NCBI RefSeq assembly: GCF_006345805.1
Contig: NC_043005.1
Location: 40,300,001 to 40,364,000 of the forward strand
Length of the DNA: 64,000 bases
DNA from: Octopus sinensis
Lineage: Eukaryota
Direction: 5' to 3'
The notes below the pieces were generated by a model. The model did not search any database. It saw nothing but the letters and a program-made list of their open reading frames with translations, and was not told the DNA's origin. A program made the translations under genes and the position numbers. This document shows positions 13,086 through 24,752 of the stretch, in pieces. Each line of letters starts with the position of its first letter. The first letter of the stretch is position 1.

Positions 13086-14447
13086 AGGATAATCTTTTCT
13101 ACTATCAGAAATAATAATAATAATAATTATTATTTAATTTAAATATCTTAACCATTGTACAGTTGAGCTTACTTTTTTTTGTCTTTTCCAGGTGAATTTG
13201 TTTTGGGAGCAAATTAATTTTATTGTGGATGGGGGGTGAGGAGAAGGCAGCAAGAAGTGGTGGTGGGGGTGTGGACTGAAAGAAAATAGCTGAGAATTTG
13301 TTAGCACTGTTGCATGGCTGAAAATGTTTTTGAATTCACTTGTGTCACATTCCTGGCAATAATATGTTTATTCCCTCTAAACCTTCCTTCAACTTCTGGT
13401 TAGGCTTTGTAGGATAAAAAGAAAACCAGAAAAAACAAAACAAAACAAAACATTTTTTTTCTTTTTTTAAAAAATATTTTCTCCTGCCAGAATATGAAGT
13501 TATTGCGAGTGAATGGTATCTTTTGTGTTCTTCGTCAATCCCTGATCGTAAGAATAATGGATTTTTTTCTTCCAAATCAAAAATAAAAAAACAACAAAAA
13601 AACAAGAGAAAACAAGATAAAATTGATTGAATAATGATGAAAAATATTTAAATAAAACAGGAATTATACAAGACCAAAATTAGTATTAAAAAGAAAAGCT
13701 CACCTTGGATGAAAGAAAAATAAAAATTAAAAATTAAGTATGGGAGAAAGAAACTTTCAGGTAATTAAATCAAATACTCAATCACAGAAAGACATTGGCA
13801 TTTCTGTTCATGTTTGTAAGAGGGATATTGCCAAGTGTAAAACTATAGAGAATTTTAGAGTTTGTTCCTTGAGATCTCAACAGGGTGTGATCTTTTGTGG
13901 CCTCATGTACACACTCGTATGATTAGAATAGAAATTAAATTTGGCAAGTCCTACCTACATTCAGTAGAGCTGTGGAGAAGAATTACTCTCCATTCAAGGT
14001 AGCTTTTTTTTCTTTTTTCTTTCTTTTTTTTTTCTATAATATATGCAGTGCAAATTTATCATGATATTGAAACTAATGGTTATCGGGTTATTGCAATAAT
14101 AATGTTTTTTAGCAATTATCTCTTGTAATGTATTTTCTCGAATGTCTTTAATCACGTGCAGCCAATTTCCAAAGCATGTCTTACACGTTGGTTTGAAATG
14201 AAAATAAATAAAATAAATAAATGACAAAAAAAAAAAATTATGTACTGTAAACCCTCTGAATTTTGTTGGATTTTGTTCTAAATATTATTATTACTAACAA
14301 TAATAAAATCTTCAAAAACAATATTCTTATTTAATTTTATTTTCAGTGATGAGCAGAGTACATGAAGCATAATGATGTGTGAGTGTGTGTGTGTCTCTGT
14401 ATGCTTAAATGTATGTACATATGTGTACATACATATGTGTGTGTGTG

Positions 14448-14521
<74 letters not shown>

Positions 14522-14561
14522 ATATCTGTAATATAATATGTGACTATTATTCGGTTGCCAT

Positions 14562-14620
14562 AATGAGACTGAGTTTCAGATGTCGGGGCGGAAATCTGCT
14601 CTGTCACCTCGTCAGTTATC
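14562..14620 (-). ncRNA. Decayed type-I hammerhead
   Basis: Minus strand gataa-CTGACGA-ggtgac..gacatct-GAAA-ctca-GTC-tcatt. Confidence 0.6.
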
Positions 14621-14885
14621 AAGGCAATCAAAAAATGCTATGGAAATGACCGTTAAACAAAGGGAAATTACTATGTAATTGACCATTATTAAGACAAAAG
14701 TGCTATTAGAATGACCGTTAAATAAGGGGGAAAAACCGATGGGGAGAAAGTAAAAAAGTAAAAACGCTCATAGAATTTGCGGCTGCGCGCATGTATATAC
14801 ATACATGCGTGCATGCACAACCACGTACATGTGCGTATATGCATATGCTCACTCACACCCACTCATATGCCCATATATGCACATT

Positions 14886-15246
14886 ACTCTTTACTCTTTT
14901 ACTTGTTTCAGTGATCTGACTGCGGCCATGCTGGAGCACCACCTTTTAGTACTTATTCTATCGGTCTCTTTTTGCCGAACCGCTAAGTGACGGGGACGTA
15001 AACACACCAGCATCGGTTGTCAAGCAATGCTAGGGGGACAAACACAGACACACAAACACACACACATATACATATATATATACATATATACGACAGGCTT
15101 CTTTCAGTTTCCATCTACCAAATCCACTCACAAGGCATTGGTCGGCCCGGGGCTATAGCAGAAGACACTTGCCCAAGATGCCACGCAGTGGGACTGAACC
15201 CGCAACCGTGTGGTTGGTTAGCAAGCTACTTACCACACAGCCACTC
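14886..15246 (-). mobile_element. Family A SINE nested in the fold-back element
   Basis: High similarity to 5258-5661 with an internal deletion. Confidence 0.85.
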
Positions 15247-15736
15247 ATGTATGTAACCAGACATGTCCACATACACACACACACACACACACACGCACGT
15301 ACTCATACGCGCACAATTCAAATACACATCTAAAATATGCTTATGCTATATATGCATATGCTCACTCACACGCGTGAAACACTTGCATATACACCTACAT
15401 ATATATGCAACCATACACATGTACATATATACGTACCCGCACACACATATACACACGATGTACATATATACATATCCGCATACACATGAGTGTGAATGAG
15501 CATATGCATATAGACACATGTACGTGGGTATGCGTGTGCACATGTGTATGTATACACATGCGCGCAGACGCGAATTCTATGAGCATTTTTACTTTTTCAC
15601 TGTTTTACTTTCTCCGTTTCGTTTTTTTTTACTCTTAGTTAACGTTCATTCTAATAGCTCTTTCGTCATAACGGTCAATTACATAGTAATTTCCCTTTGT
15701 TTAACGGTCATTTTCATTGTATTTTTTGATTGCCTT

Positions 15737-15797
15737 GATAACTGACAAGATGCCGGAGCAGATTTCTGCCTTGACATCCGAAATTCGGAGTTTTATT
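15737..15797 (+). ncRNA. Decayed type-I hammerhead
   Basis: gataa-CTGACAA-gatgcc..gacatcc-GAAA-ttcggag-TT-ttatt. The two arms together give a consensus CTGACGA..GAAACTCGGAGTC. Confidence 0.55.
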
Positions 15798-15916
15798 ATG
15801 GCAACTGAATAATTGCCACATTATATTATAGGTAAATTCCTCTATTTACATAATATCGAGGTCTCCTACATTCTTTTGTTGTTATACCATTACTATTAAT
15901 ATATATATATATATAT

Positions 15917-16264
15917 AATAAATATTAGGGAATAAATCCAAATTTACAGGGAAAAAATCAGATTTAGGATTAAATCCAATTTTATAGTAAAATATTATAT
16001 AATATTAATTAGAGACAAAACCACTATTTTGCAAAACAAACAAGGAAAGACTTAATCAATACATAAAATTTTAATAAAAAGTAAAAAAACCGCCACTACA
16101 ATTGTTTCATGTCTTGATCGATTGAAAATCGGAAATCCACCTGAAGATTGTCGATCAAGACATGAAACAATTGTAGTGGCGGTTTTTTTTACTTTTTATT
16201 AAAATTTTATGTATTGATTAAGTCTTTCCTTGTTTGTTTTGCAAAATAGTGGTTTTGTCTCTAA

Positions 16265-16276
<12 letters not shown>
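15917..16276. mobile_element. Young fold-back element between (TA)n tracts
   Basis: Arms ~15997-16121 and ~16151-16276 are nearly perfect reverse complements; the left arm has an ~80-bp tail. Confidence 0.85.
16137..16179 (+). ncRNA. Minimal type-I hammerhead ribozyme with palindromic stem III
   Basis: ccac-CTGAAGA-t-tgtc-gatcaa-gaca-t-GAAA-caattg-TA-gtgg; stems I and II pair, GUA cleavage triplet. Confidence 0.85.
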
Positions 16277-16279
<3 letters not shown>

Positions 16280-16303
<24 letters not shown>

Positions 16304-16432
16304 AGGACTGTGTCAAGTCCTCATTAAAGGCCTGTGACATACAGGAGACCGACTGGGAGAGCAATGCCTGTCATTGCCACAAATGGAGGAAGCAGGTTAA
16401 GGAGGGTGTTGACACCTTTGAAAAACCACGTG
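16280..16432 (+). pseudogene. RTE-clade LINE ORF C-terminal fragment
   Basis: FKDCVKSSLKACDIQETDWESNACHCHKWRKQVKEGVDTFEK resembles the RTE post-RT motif (KD.LK..LK...I....WE..A..R..WR..V..G...FE). Confidence 0.7.
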
Positions 16433-16649
16433 AGTATGTATTTGTACGTATACGGGTGCGTCTGCAGAGGCGTGTAAGTGTATATGTATTTATGTATTTA
16501 GTTTGTGCTGGTTTAGGTATCTGTACGTAGCGGGGACGTATGTATATGCGTATCCCTGTCGGTACTTTCACACGGGAGTATATATGTATATATACGTATG
16601 GATGTGTATGTGTATGCATGCATGTACGTGTGTACATGTTGACCGTTAG

Positions 16650-17480
16650 TAACACAGTCCCAGACAATTTATGAGAAAGTAGATAAACTATTTAGCCACA
16701 GGCCAGACAACTTACACTGACCATCCACTTGGTCCCCAGATAATTAAGTTAATTTACGACACCCACCAGTACATCCTTAAGCTTCGCCAGACGAAACATG
16801 TTTTTTCTGTACCTTACGCTATCTTCCGTCCACCCTTTTATTTCTTTAACCCTTTATATTTCCTTATCCCTTTATATTTCTTTATCCCTTTATATTTTAT
16901 TTTTATTTTTATTTTTTATTTTTTTTTATCCTTATTTTTCGTCCTTATTTTTCGCTTCTTTACCTTTATCTTTATTTATGTATATTCCCATGTTTTTTCA
17001 CGTCTTTGTGTATCTATATATTTATATACTTATATACTTATATACTTTTTATATTTTATTTTTTAATATTTTTAATGTTCTTTAAACTTTTACTCGTTTT
17101 TAGTTTTTTACTCTTTTACTACATTTTGCACCTACCAACCTCCCTCTTTGTGAACCCTAACTCATTAAAGATTCGCCCCCTCCAACTCCTTCCCTCTTTA
17201 TCTCAACATCCAACCTCACTCTACATCGAGTGAAAAACGAGATGGACGCTTTGGTGCCTCGCTCTGTTGTACACGACTATGAGGATTTGCATCCCCAACG
17301 TAAATCGTCTTTTTCCCAAACTTATAATGTAATACATGTCCTTGGAGTAGTAATTGTCCGCGGCTGAAGAAGGCTATTGACATACATATTACATCAATTA
17401 TGCATTGATATAAACTGTCTAAAGAAGCCAGAAACATATGTACCGCTAAATCCTTTGCTTCATGTTTTTCTTTGATTAAT
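16650..17480 (+). mobile_element. Non-coding hammerhead-bearing element ending in (TA)n (probable PLE pLTR)
   Basis: T-rich body, hammerhead ~35 bp before a 260-bp (TA)n tract; 5' boundary approximate. Confidence 0.55.
17360..17446 (+). ncRNA. Type-I hammerhead with long stem II insertion and palindromic stem III
   Basis: gcgg-CTGAAGA-a-ggct-(~50 nt)-agcc-a-GAAA-catatg-TA-ccgc. Confidence 0.8.
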
Positions 17481-17488
17481 ATATATAT

Positions 17489-17538
<50 letters not shown>

Positions 17539-17543
17539 ATATA

Positions 17544-17577
<34 letters not shown>

Positions 17578-17675
17578 AATATATATATATTAAATATATA
17601 TATATATATATAAATATATATATATATAAAAATATATATATATATATATATATATAAATATAATATATATATATA

Positions 17676-17731
<56 letters not shown>

Positions 17732-17741
17732 TATATATATA

Positions 17742-17830
17742 CCAGGAGGACTGGTGTCTGTATATATTGTGGATGGGTGCATTGTCCTGGTACAGGTGCC
17801 ACTGCCCCGACTGGTACAACACCACCACTA
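17742..17830 (-). pseudogene. Mariner transposase fragment
   Basis: QWHLYQDNAPIH resembles the mariner second-Asp motif (W.LHHDNAPAH). Confidence 0.45.
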
Positions 17831-17924
17831 AAATTCTTACCTAAAATGTCAAGTAGTGAAAAACAAGTAAGTGCAAGATCTCTCGCTTCACAATGAAAAC
17901 ATATGTTTTATTCATGTTTTCATC

Positions 17925-18530
17925 ATGTCTACCCGATGAGATATGATGTTGTAGCTAGGACACCCTATAACGAGATCCATCGAAAGGATAACTCCGAGGA
18001 CAAAGAAATAAGAACCAACTATATGGTGAAAGCCATAGCCACTCATAATAAAAAGGAGTACTGGTAGAATGTCCCAGTGAAGACCTCAATGAAATGTAAA
18101 CACAATAGACCTGATATAGTTATTTGGGATAGAGAAGAGAAGCTGAGTACAGTTGTGGAAATCAGCTGCCCAGCAGATGTTAATATAAAGCTGAAGATCA
18201 GTGAAAAAGAGAATATCTACACTGAACTATTGTGTAATCTGCACTTACTCTATTCAGATTACAAGTTTATACCTGTAATTATTGGAGCCCTTGGATATAT
18301 AACACACTGCCTAAATACCAATCTTGAGAAATTAGGTTTCTGAAAACCAGAAAGGAGGAAGTTGATTCGTAGACTACAGATCTAAGGCATCGCTGGAACT
18401 ATAAAATCTGTGAAACTTTCCAGAAGTTTATCGTTTAAGTATATATGAGCATGTCTAGATAAGCAACTATATGCATGAAAATACATACATAAACCAAAAC
18501 ATACAAATCTGCACGTATACATACATGCAT
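17925..18530 (+). mobile_element. R4/Dong-like non-LTR retrotransposon 3' fragment (restriction-like endonuclease)
   Basis: KHNRPDIVIWDREEK..VVEISCPAD..EKENIY..FIPVIIGALG (PD-(D/E)xK RLE) with stops; same family as 43270-47140. Confidence 0.85.
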
Positions 18531-18531
18531 G

Positions 18532-18583
<52 letters not shown>

Positions 18584-19074
18584 GAGTGAAGAAGAGGGGG
18601 TGAGTTGTGTATCTGGTGAGAGATTGAAACAAAAACAAGCGTTGCTTTTGAGTTTGTAAAATTACCGGTTTTCCATTCATGACAAACTGTCCAATGGTAA
18701 AATGAATTTTAAAATTGGCTGTCAGAAAATAATCATTCAAATTCTTTCTGAAATGATTGAATGAAGGAAGCCGAAGTGGACAGTGCTTGTGAGTAGTTTA
18801 AGTAGTGTAAGTAACTTGTGCATTGTGTAAGAAATGGAGATAAAACGGAGGTAGATTGATCGATTGATAGATAAAATAGATACTTGGCATTTCTTATTGT
18901 GACGATAGTAACTTATTAAAATTTAATTGAGAGAAAAAACAAGTATTTACTCGTAAGATTTTTAAAGAGAAATTTAAAGAACGGAAATTCTTTCTTTCCA
19001 AATTGTAAAAACTTCTTTTAAAAGAAGTTGATCGGATTGAGTAAAATATGCGTGTGTCTGCGCACATACATAAT

Positions 19075-19260
19075 ACATATATACATGCATACATACATAC
19101 ATACATGCATATATACATACATTCATACATGCATGCATACGTACATACATACATACATACATACATGCATGCTTACATACATGCATGCTTACATACATGC
19201 ATACATACATACATACAAACACACACACGCATACATACATACATACATACATACATACTT
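19075..19260. repeat. (TACA)n microsatellite
   Basis: Direct observation; others at ~24120, 47595 and 56075. Confidence 0.9.
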
Positions 19261-19609
19261 AAGTACGTACGTACATATATATGTATAAATACATAGATAT
19301 GCACATACATACGTACAAAAGAAGAGAGGAGTGAGTTGCGAACCAAACCAGAAGTTATATTACAGACGGATTGCGCAAAAATTGTTATGACGACTATTAA
19401 TGAAATCCATAACTGTGCAGTGGTGGCGGTGTGGATTCCCATCATCCGACAACGGGAATTAAGTTGTAACTGAGTTACCTGTTCCTGAATTAACGTGTTA
19501 GCGGCTGATCATGCCACAGACATGCTTATCCTCAGGATAATTCTCGACCTGTTATAATATGTGACAAGGCCGTACCATTTTGATTATTTACAGATACAAT
19601 TCACGGACC

Positions 19610-19770
19610 GGGATTCTCTACAGTTTCTACCTACCCAATTTCACGATGGATCAGTCTGAGGCTTTGGAAATTACATTTGCCCAAGATGCCATGTATTTGG
19701 ATCGAACCTGAGATCTCGTGGTTGTAAAACAGGCTTCTTAACCATACCGTACCCATACACACTGCGCCTT
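19610..19770 (-). mobile_element. Decayed 5' part of family A SINE
   Basis: cagtttctacctacccaattt..ttgcccaagatgcc..atcgaacc..cttcttaaccat..ctgcgcct. Confidence 0.6.
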
Positions 19771-20142
19771 TATGTATACATCAGTATGTGTAAAAGACAG
19801 ATTACAACCGGAGCACTCTAAGTATTTGTCATCAGGGGTTGTAGAAAATTAATTAATGAAAAATTAATTGCAATATATTGTTTCAATTAATTGATTGGAG
19901 TCGTACTGTCAGTTAAATAATTGATTGCTGTCACATCAATTAATTGCAACATTGTCAGCGAAAAGTTTTCAAATGGCTCATTCTTCATTCGACGTTCAGT
20001 TGGAATACAGCGTCTGTTATTATTTGAGGTATTGTGTCGACGCTTTGTTCTGACTGCTGTCGTGCTTAGGAACTGACTTATTGTGTATGTTGTCAAGTAT
20101 TGATGCTAGGTTCGGACTGCTGAGAATGATACATATTCTATC

Positions 20143-20305
20143 CACTAGCGTAGCCAGAGTGTGTGCCGCCCGGGCCAGCCTTCCGTTTTCCGCCTCCGGA
20201 CACCACGAAAAACACATTGTCTACAGCAGATTCAAAAGTTCCGCCCCGTTGAAAGTGTCACCCGGGATGGACCACCCCCTACCGCCCCGACTAGTCACGC
20301 TAGTG
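20143..20305. mobile_element. 163-bp hAT-type MITE nested in the hAT subterminus
   Basis: TIRs cactagcgt / acgctagtg; perfect 8-bp TSD attctatc at 20135-20142 and 20306-20313; GC-rich body. Confidence 0.9.
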
Positions 20306-20324
20306 ATTCTATCATGCTTGGTAA

Positions 20325-20590
20325 TTGGCTATTGTGTATGTTGTCAAATAACCGCTGTCGAGTGTTGACGCTTGGTTAAGACTGCCGAGAATGATTCACA
20401 CATTCTGTCGTGTTTGGGAATTGGCTATTGTGTATGTTGTCAAATAACCACTGTCGAGTGTTGACGCTTGGTTGGGACTGCCGAGAATGATTCACACATT
20501 CTGTCGTGTTTGGGAATTGGCTATTGTGTATGTTGTCAAATACTCGCTGTCGTGTGATTCTTAGTTCTGACTGTCGAGAATGATTCGCCC
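20325..20590. repeat. 96-bp subterminal tandem repeat
   Basis: ttggctattgtgtatgttgtcaaata starts at 20325, 20421 and 20517; a more diverged copy at ~20075 is split by the MITE. Confidence 0.9.
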
Positions 20591-20749
20591 ATTTTGTCTT
20601 CAAGTCATTAAATCGTAACTTCGCCTGCAACGGGGTTGTATCTTGAATTTTGCTCCAACATATTGACTGAATCAGACTTTCATCAGTGGAGTGGCGAAAT
20701 ATCTTCTATTTTGAACTGTGGTGAAATATCTTTTATTCTAAACTAACCC

Positions 20750-22425
20750 ATGCCGCGTGAAAATGAGCAAATTGCCAGAAAATATTTTAACCAAACAGAC
20801 AGTGAACATGTATGGAAATGCGAGTGTGGAAAAAAGTTGATCCAGAAAAAAAGGAACTGGATGGACAAATCTTATGAATCATAAAAAAACCAGTATCCAG
20901 AGTATTCTACTACACAAGCAACTGGACAACCATCTTTATCGAGTTTTCTTTCACCAAGAAGTAGTTTGGTCACTCGCTCGGCCTTAAATGTTTATGGTTG
21001 GATTGAGTGGGTATGTGTTGGCTTAAAACCATTTTCCTTTACTGAAGACCCATTGACTTGTGAGTACACAAACTTGGGAAGTATGATAAATGTGACCTTA
21101 AAGAAATATATGGAGAAACTTAATCAAGAATTGGATAAGAAAATATCTGAAGAACTTCCAAGTAAAGTTTCGTTAGTAATCGACGGTTGGACTAAGGGTT
21201 CGAAGTATTTCATTGGACTTTTTGCATCCTATTCGTGCAATTATCAAAATGACTATTGTACTGTTTCGCTGGTATTTTCGCCAATAGTAAGTGAAACATC
21301 ATTTACTGCTTCTGATTATGTCGAATTTATAGAGTATGTGTTAAGTGTCTATAACAAAAATTCAGAAAATGTTGTAGCTATTACCGGAGATAATACTGGA
21401 GTGAACAAATCTATAGCGAATTTGTGTAGAATACCATTGATTGGATGTGCCTCTCATAAATTCAATCTAGCTGTTTCTGCTTATCTCGACAAGCAGGAAG
21501 TTCTGCTTGATATAATTAATATGTTGTTGAGCAAGGCTAAAATCATTAAAACTTGCGGGTAAACTTCGAGAGAAAACGCCTTTGCAAACTATACAAAGAA
21601 ATAAAACCCTTTGGTCCAGTAATTATGACATGATTGAGAGGTACATCCAACTCAAGCCGTTTTTAGATTCTTTTCAGGGGGATCCAAAGCTGGTTGATTA
21701 TCTGTTGTCTCCACGCGATCATAATGATCTACAGACTCTAGAAGACAATTTAGGTAAGTTACGCTCAGTAACAGTCGCCTTGCAAAGAACAAAAATTGAT
21801 TTGGGAAATGCTCGAATTCTTTTTGACGAAATTCTCGCATTTTGTCCTTACGATGAGTTTGAAAAATATTTGCTTCCATCGGCAGCCATTGTTCCCAGCG
21901 CAAATTTTAAAAGTGGAGTTGTGAAAATTTTACAAAATGTAGAAGCAGAGCTAACTGCAGATGAAGTGGCTGCTCTACACCAGCTGAAAGTGATGACAGA
22001 CACATCAAAACAGTCTGATTTACTTCTAGAAGATGATGATTTTGCTTCAATTTGTTTGAAAAAAACACAAAAAGATAAAATTTCCCCTCAGCAATATCTG
22101 AACTGCAGATTTTTGTTACCAACGGCCAACATCTTGGAACGTTTCTTCAGCTCAGCTGGTTACGCTTTTTTAATGATTAACACCAATGAATTTAGAAATG
22201 CAGTTATTTCAAAAAGTCAATCGCGAAATAAAATTTCACCTCAGCAATATCTGAACTGCAGAGTTTTGTTACCAACGGCCAACATCTTGGAACGTTTCTT
22301 CAGCTCAGCTGGTTACGCTTTTTTAATGATTAACACCAATGAATTTAGAAATGCAGTTATTTCAAAAAGTTAATCGCGCTTTCTGGCTGAAGACCTAGTT
22401 TCAGAAATTTGCAATCGTCCATGAC
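20750..22425 (+). pseudogene. hAT transposase pseudogene (BED finger, DDE core, hATC dimerisation domain)
   Basis: MPRENEQIARKYF..WKCECGKKLIQKK/GTGWTNLMNH; VIDGW; GDN..N; GCASHKFNLAV; TLWSS..MIERY; PTANILERFFSSAG; frameshifts near 20850-20890 and ~21535. Confidence 0.9.
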
Positions 22426-23046
22426 TTTTTGCTATATTAGAACATTTTAATGGTGTTTCTCGTTTGGGAAACTCTTTCAATTTATTTGTTTCTCAACTAC
22501 TGTACAATATAGAGCATACATGTTTGTTCCCTATTCTATAACAATAAAATTAAACTTTGAACGTTTTCTAAAGTTTTTGAAGCTATAAGACGTGCCTTTT
22601 ATTTTCCTATCATTTTGGCTCTTATCTAAATCGAAGCTAAAACTCCAAAATATATGATGTTTTTACGTTCGGCAAAATAATTGACATTTAATTGCAATAA
22701 TTGATTGACCAGTATCCCAATTAAAATAATTGATTGCTAGTAAAATAATTGATTGGAAAGGTTCCAATCAATTATTTACAACCCTTGTTGTGGAAATTGC
22801 TTTTGGCTGAAATCCGAGTTATTTAAATGTGAACTCGACTATTAAAAAATTTAAATCCCGGATTCCCCTCGTGTCATCTAATCGAGGTGTAGGTATCTTT
22901 TATAAAAATGTGTTATATGTGGAAAGGTGATGAGACAAAATGTGGCCAAGGTTTATACTTAAATGAAAGAGGGCATGTGTGTTTTATTTTCTGAGGAGGG
23001 TCCTTCCTAAGTGACAGTAAAATCGTAATGGTCCATTTATTGATTA

Positions 23047-23562
23047 CTAGTTTAAAAGTCCGTGCGGACTTTTAAGCTACCTCATGCAGATGGCTAATTG
23101 AGTCTGCGGCCCCAAACTAAAGAAAGCTAAATAACATGACTATAATATGTCTATAATGACTATATATCCCAGTGGTGTTTGACCGGAGTTTAAGGACGGA
23201 TGAGAATTAATTCTGTAATGCAATCATTCTATTGTTCCCGTCCGAAATTGAATTACAATTATTGACCAATTTCTCCCAAAGTTCTTATCTCGACGTAAAA
23301 TTAACGAGGCGAATGTTATTTATCTCCCCTTAATCTCTGACGTCATTTGACAAATGCCAATTAAGATGACGTGAATCAGCCAAGTTTTACCTGCAAGAAA
23401 TAGCAACCCAAATGCTTTTAAATCAGATGTTCAAGAACCAAATGAAGAGCAGATTTTTAAACCCGGGATCATCCTGATTCCAAAAAAGTATAATATGTCT
23501 GTTGAGCAAATGTAGACCGAGATACAAACGGACAGACAGAATTTCGTTTTTAATATTATAGA
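23047..23562 (-). mobile_element. Non-autonomous Helitron
   Basis: Minus strand begins A|TCTATAATATTAAAA..ctgtctgtc and ends CTAG|T, with subterminal hairpin aaaagtccg/cggactttt (~23054-23073). Confidence 0.65.
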
Positions 23563-24589
23563 TGTGATCTGGTTAACTCGCCATGATTTGGTGGAGCTAG
23601 AATGTCTCTGCGTTCTGAGTTCAAGTCCCGACAAAGTCAACTGTCGATAAAAACAAACAAACAAAAATCAACCCACAGTGGTGGACTGGAGGAAATGTAA
23701 GAACGTCGGACTGGTAGTCATTCCTGCCATTTGCGTTCTGGTGGTAGACTTAAACACCCACTCGTTTGATAACACCATCTAGCACTTTGGGTCCACTCTA
23801 TTGCAGGCAAGGTTTGTGAGCATTGTCTTCCCTCTTGACTAAAAAACAAAAAAGAAGAAAATACAGATCAGTCTGCGCAACGATATTAAATATATTTACG
23901 CAGGTCTAAAAAATTACATGTGCTGTGTGACGCTATGCATATAAGATGCAAATAAAGCATAAGCTCTGTAACAGCTATTGCATACATGATCAGCCATGAA
24001 ACACAAAGTACTGTCTGGTTGTTGATAGATATACAAGAGTTTATGTATATGACACTTAACTAGTCTATCATCACTTATGACATCGTAAACTGGTATTTTT
24101 ATGCGCATGCAGAGTGTATACATACATACATACAAACATACATACATACATACATACATACATACATACATACATACATACATACATACATACATACATA
24201 CGTGTGTGAGTGTGTGTGTGTCTGTGTGTGTGTGGTCGTGTATTGAAACAGATTATGTTTCAAGATTATTTCCTGTCACTCTCACATGGCCTCTGTCTAC
24301 ATACGAAAAGCTATGTTTGAAAATAGATTAATAAATTTTTCTCATCCTCTGTCGTTGGTTCGACACTTACGTGCGAAATTTTGAAGAACTAAGACTAGTA
24401 TCATTTGGACAAGGGTCTATGTCATTAAAGAAAACATCACAGAAGATGAAACACCCACTGTGTCTCTCTCTAAATTAAGCACTTTCCGAACTTCTGAGTC
24501 TATCGGCCCTATTACAAACCTAACAATGCCTTCATCGATGCCTCAATAACACTCTCAGTAATGTCAGAGAGTAAATTAAAAAAAAAATA

Positions 24590-24752
24590 GGTAAGTCGAT
24601 TATATCGACACTAGTGCTCAACTGGTACTTATTCTAGCGACCCCAAAAGGATGAAAAGTAAAATCGACCACGGTGGAGCTTGAACTCAGAGCGACGAAAT
24701 GCCACTAAACATTTTGGCCGGCGTGCTAATGATTCTGCCACATTGCCACCTT
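24590..24752 (-). mobile_element. Family B SINE
   Basis: aagtcgattatatcgac..caactggtactt..aaggatgaaaag..gattctgcca..gccacctt. Confidence 0.75.

Larger units (their letters stand above)
14530..15900. mobile_element. Old fold-back (inverted-arm) hammerhead-bearing element between (TA)n tracts, probably PLE pLTR-derived
   Basis: ~14530-14870 is the diverged reverse complement of ~15485-15830; the right arm has an extra ~70-bp tail; a SINE is inserted in the centre. Confidence 0.75.
19833..22787 (+). mobile_element. Near full-length hAT DNA transposon (inactivated)
   Basis: Imperfect TIRs caggggttgtagaaaatt / aattatttacaacccttg; aattgattg motifs repeated in both subtermini; transposase pseudogene inside; no clean 8-bp TSD seen. 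Confidence 0.85.

Noticed and set aside
20325-20590. Regularly spaced repeats resembling a CRISPR array
   Set aside because: Whole 96-bp units repeat with no unique spacers; they lie in a hAT subterminus in eukaryotic DNA with no cas genes.
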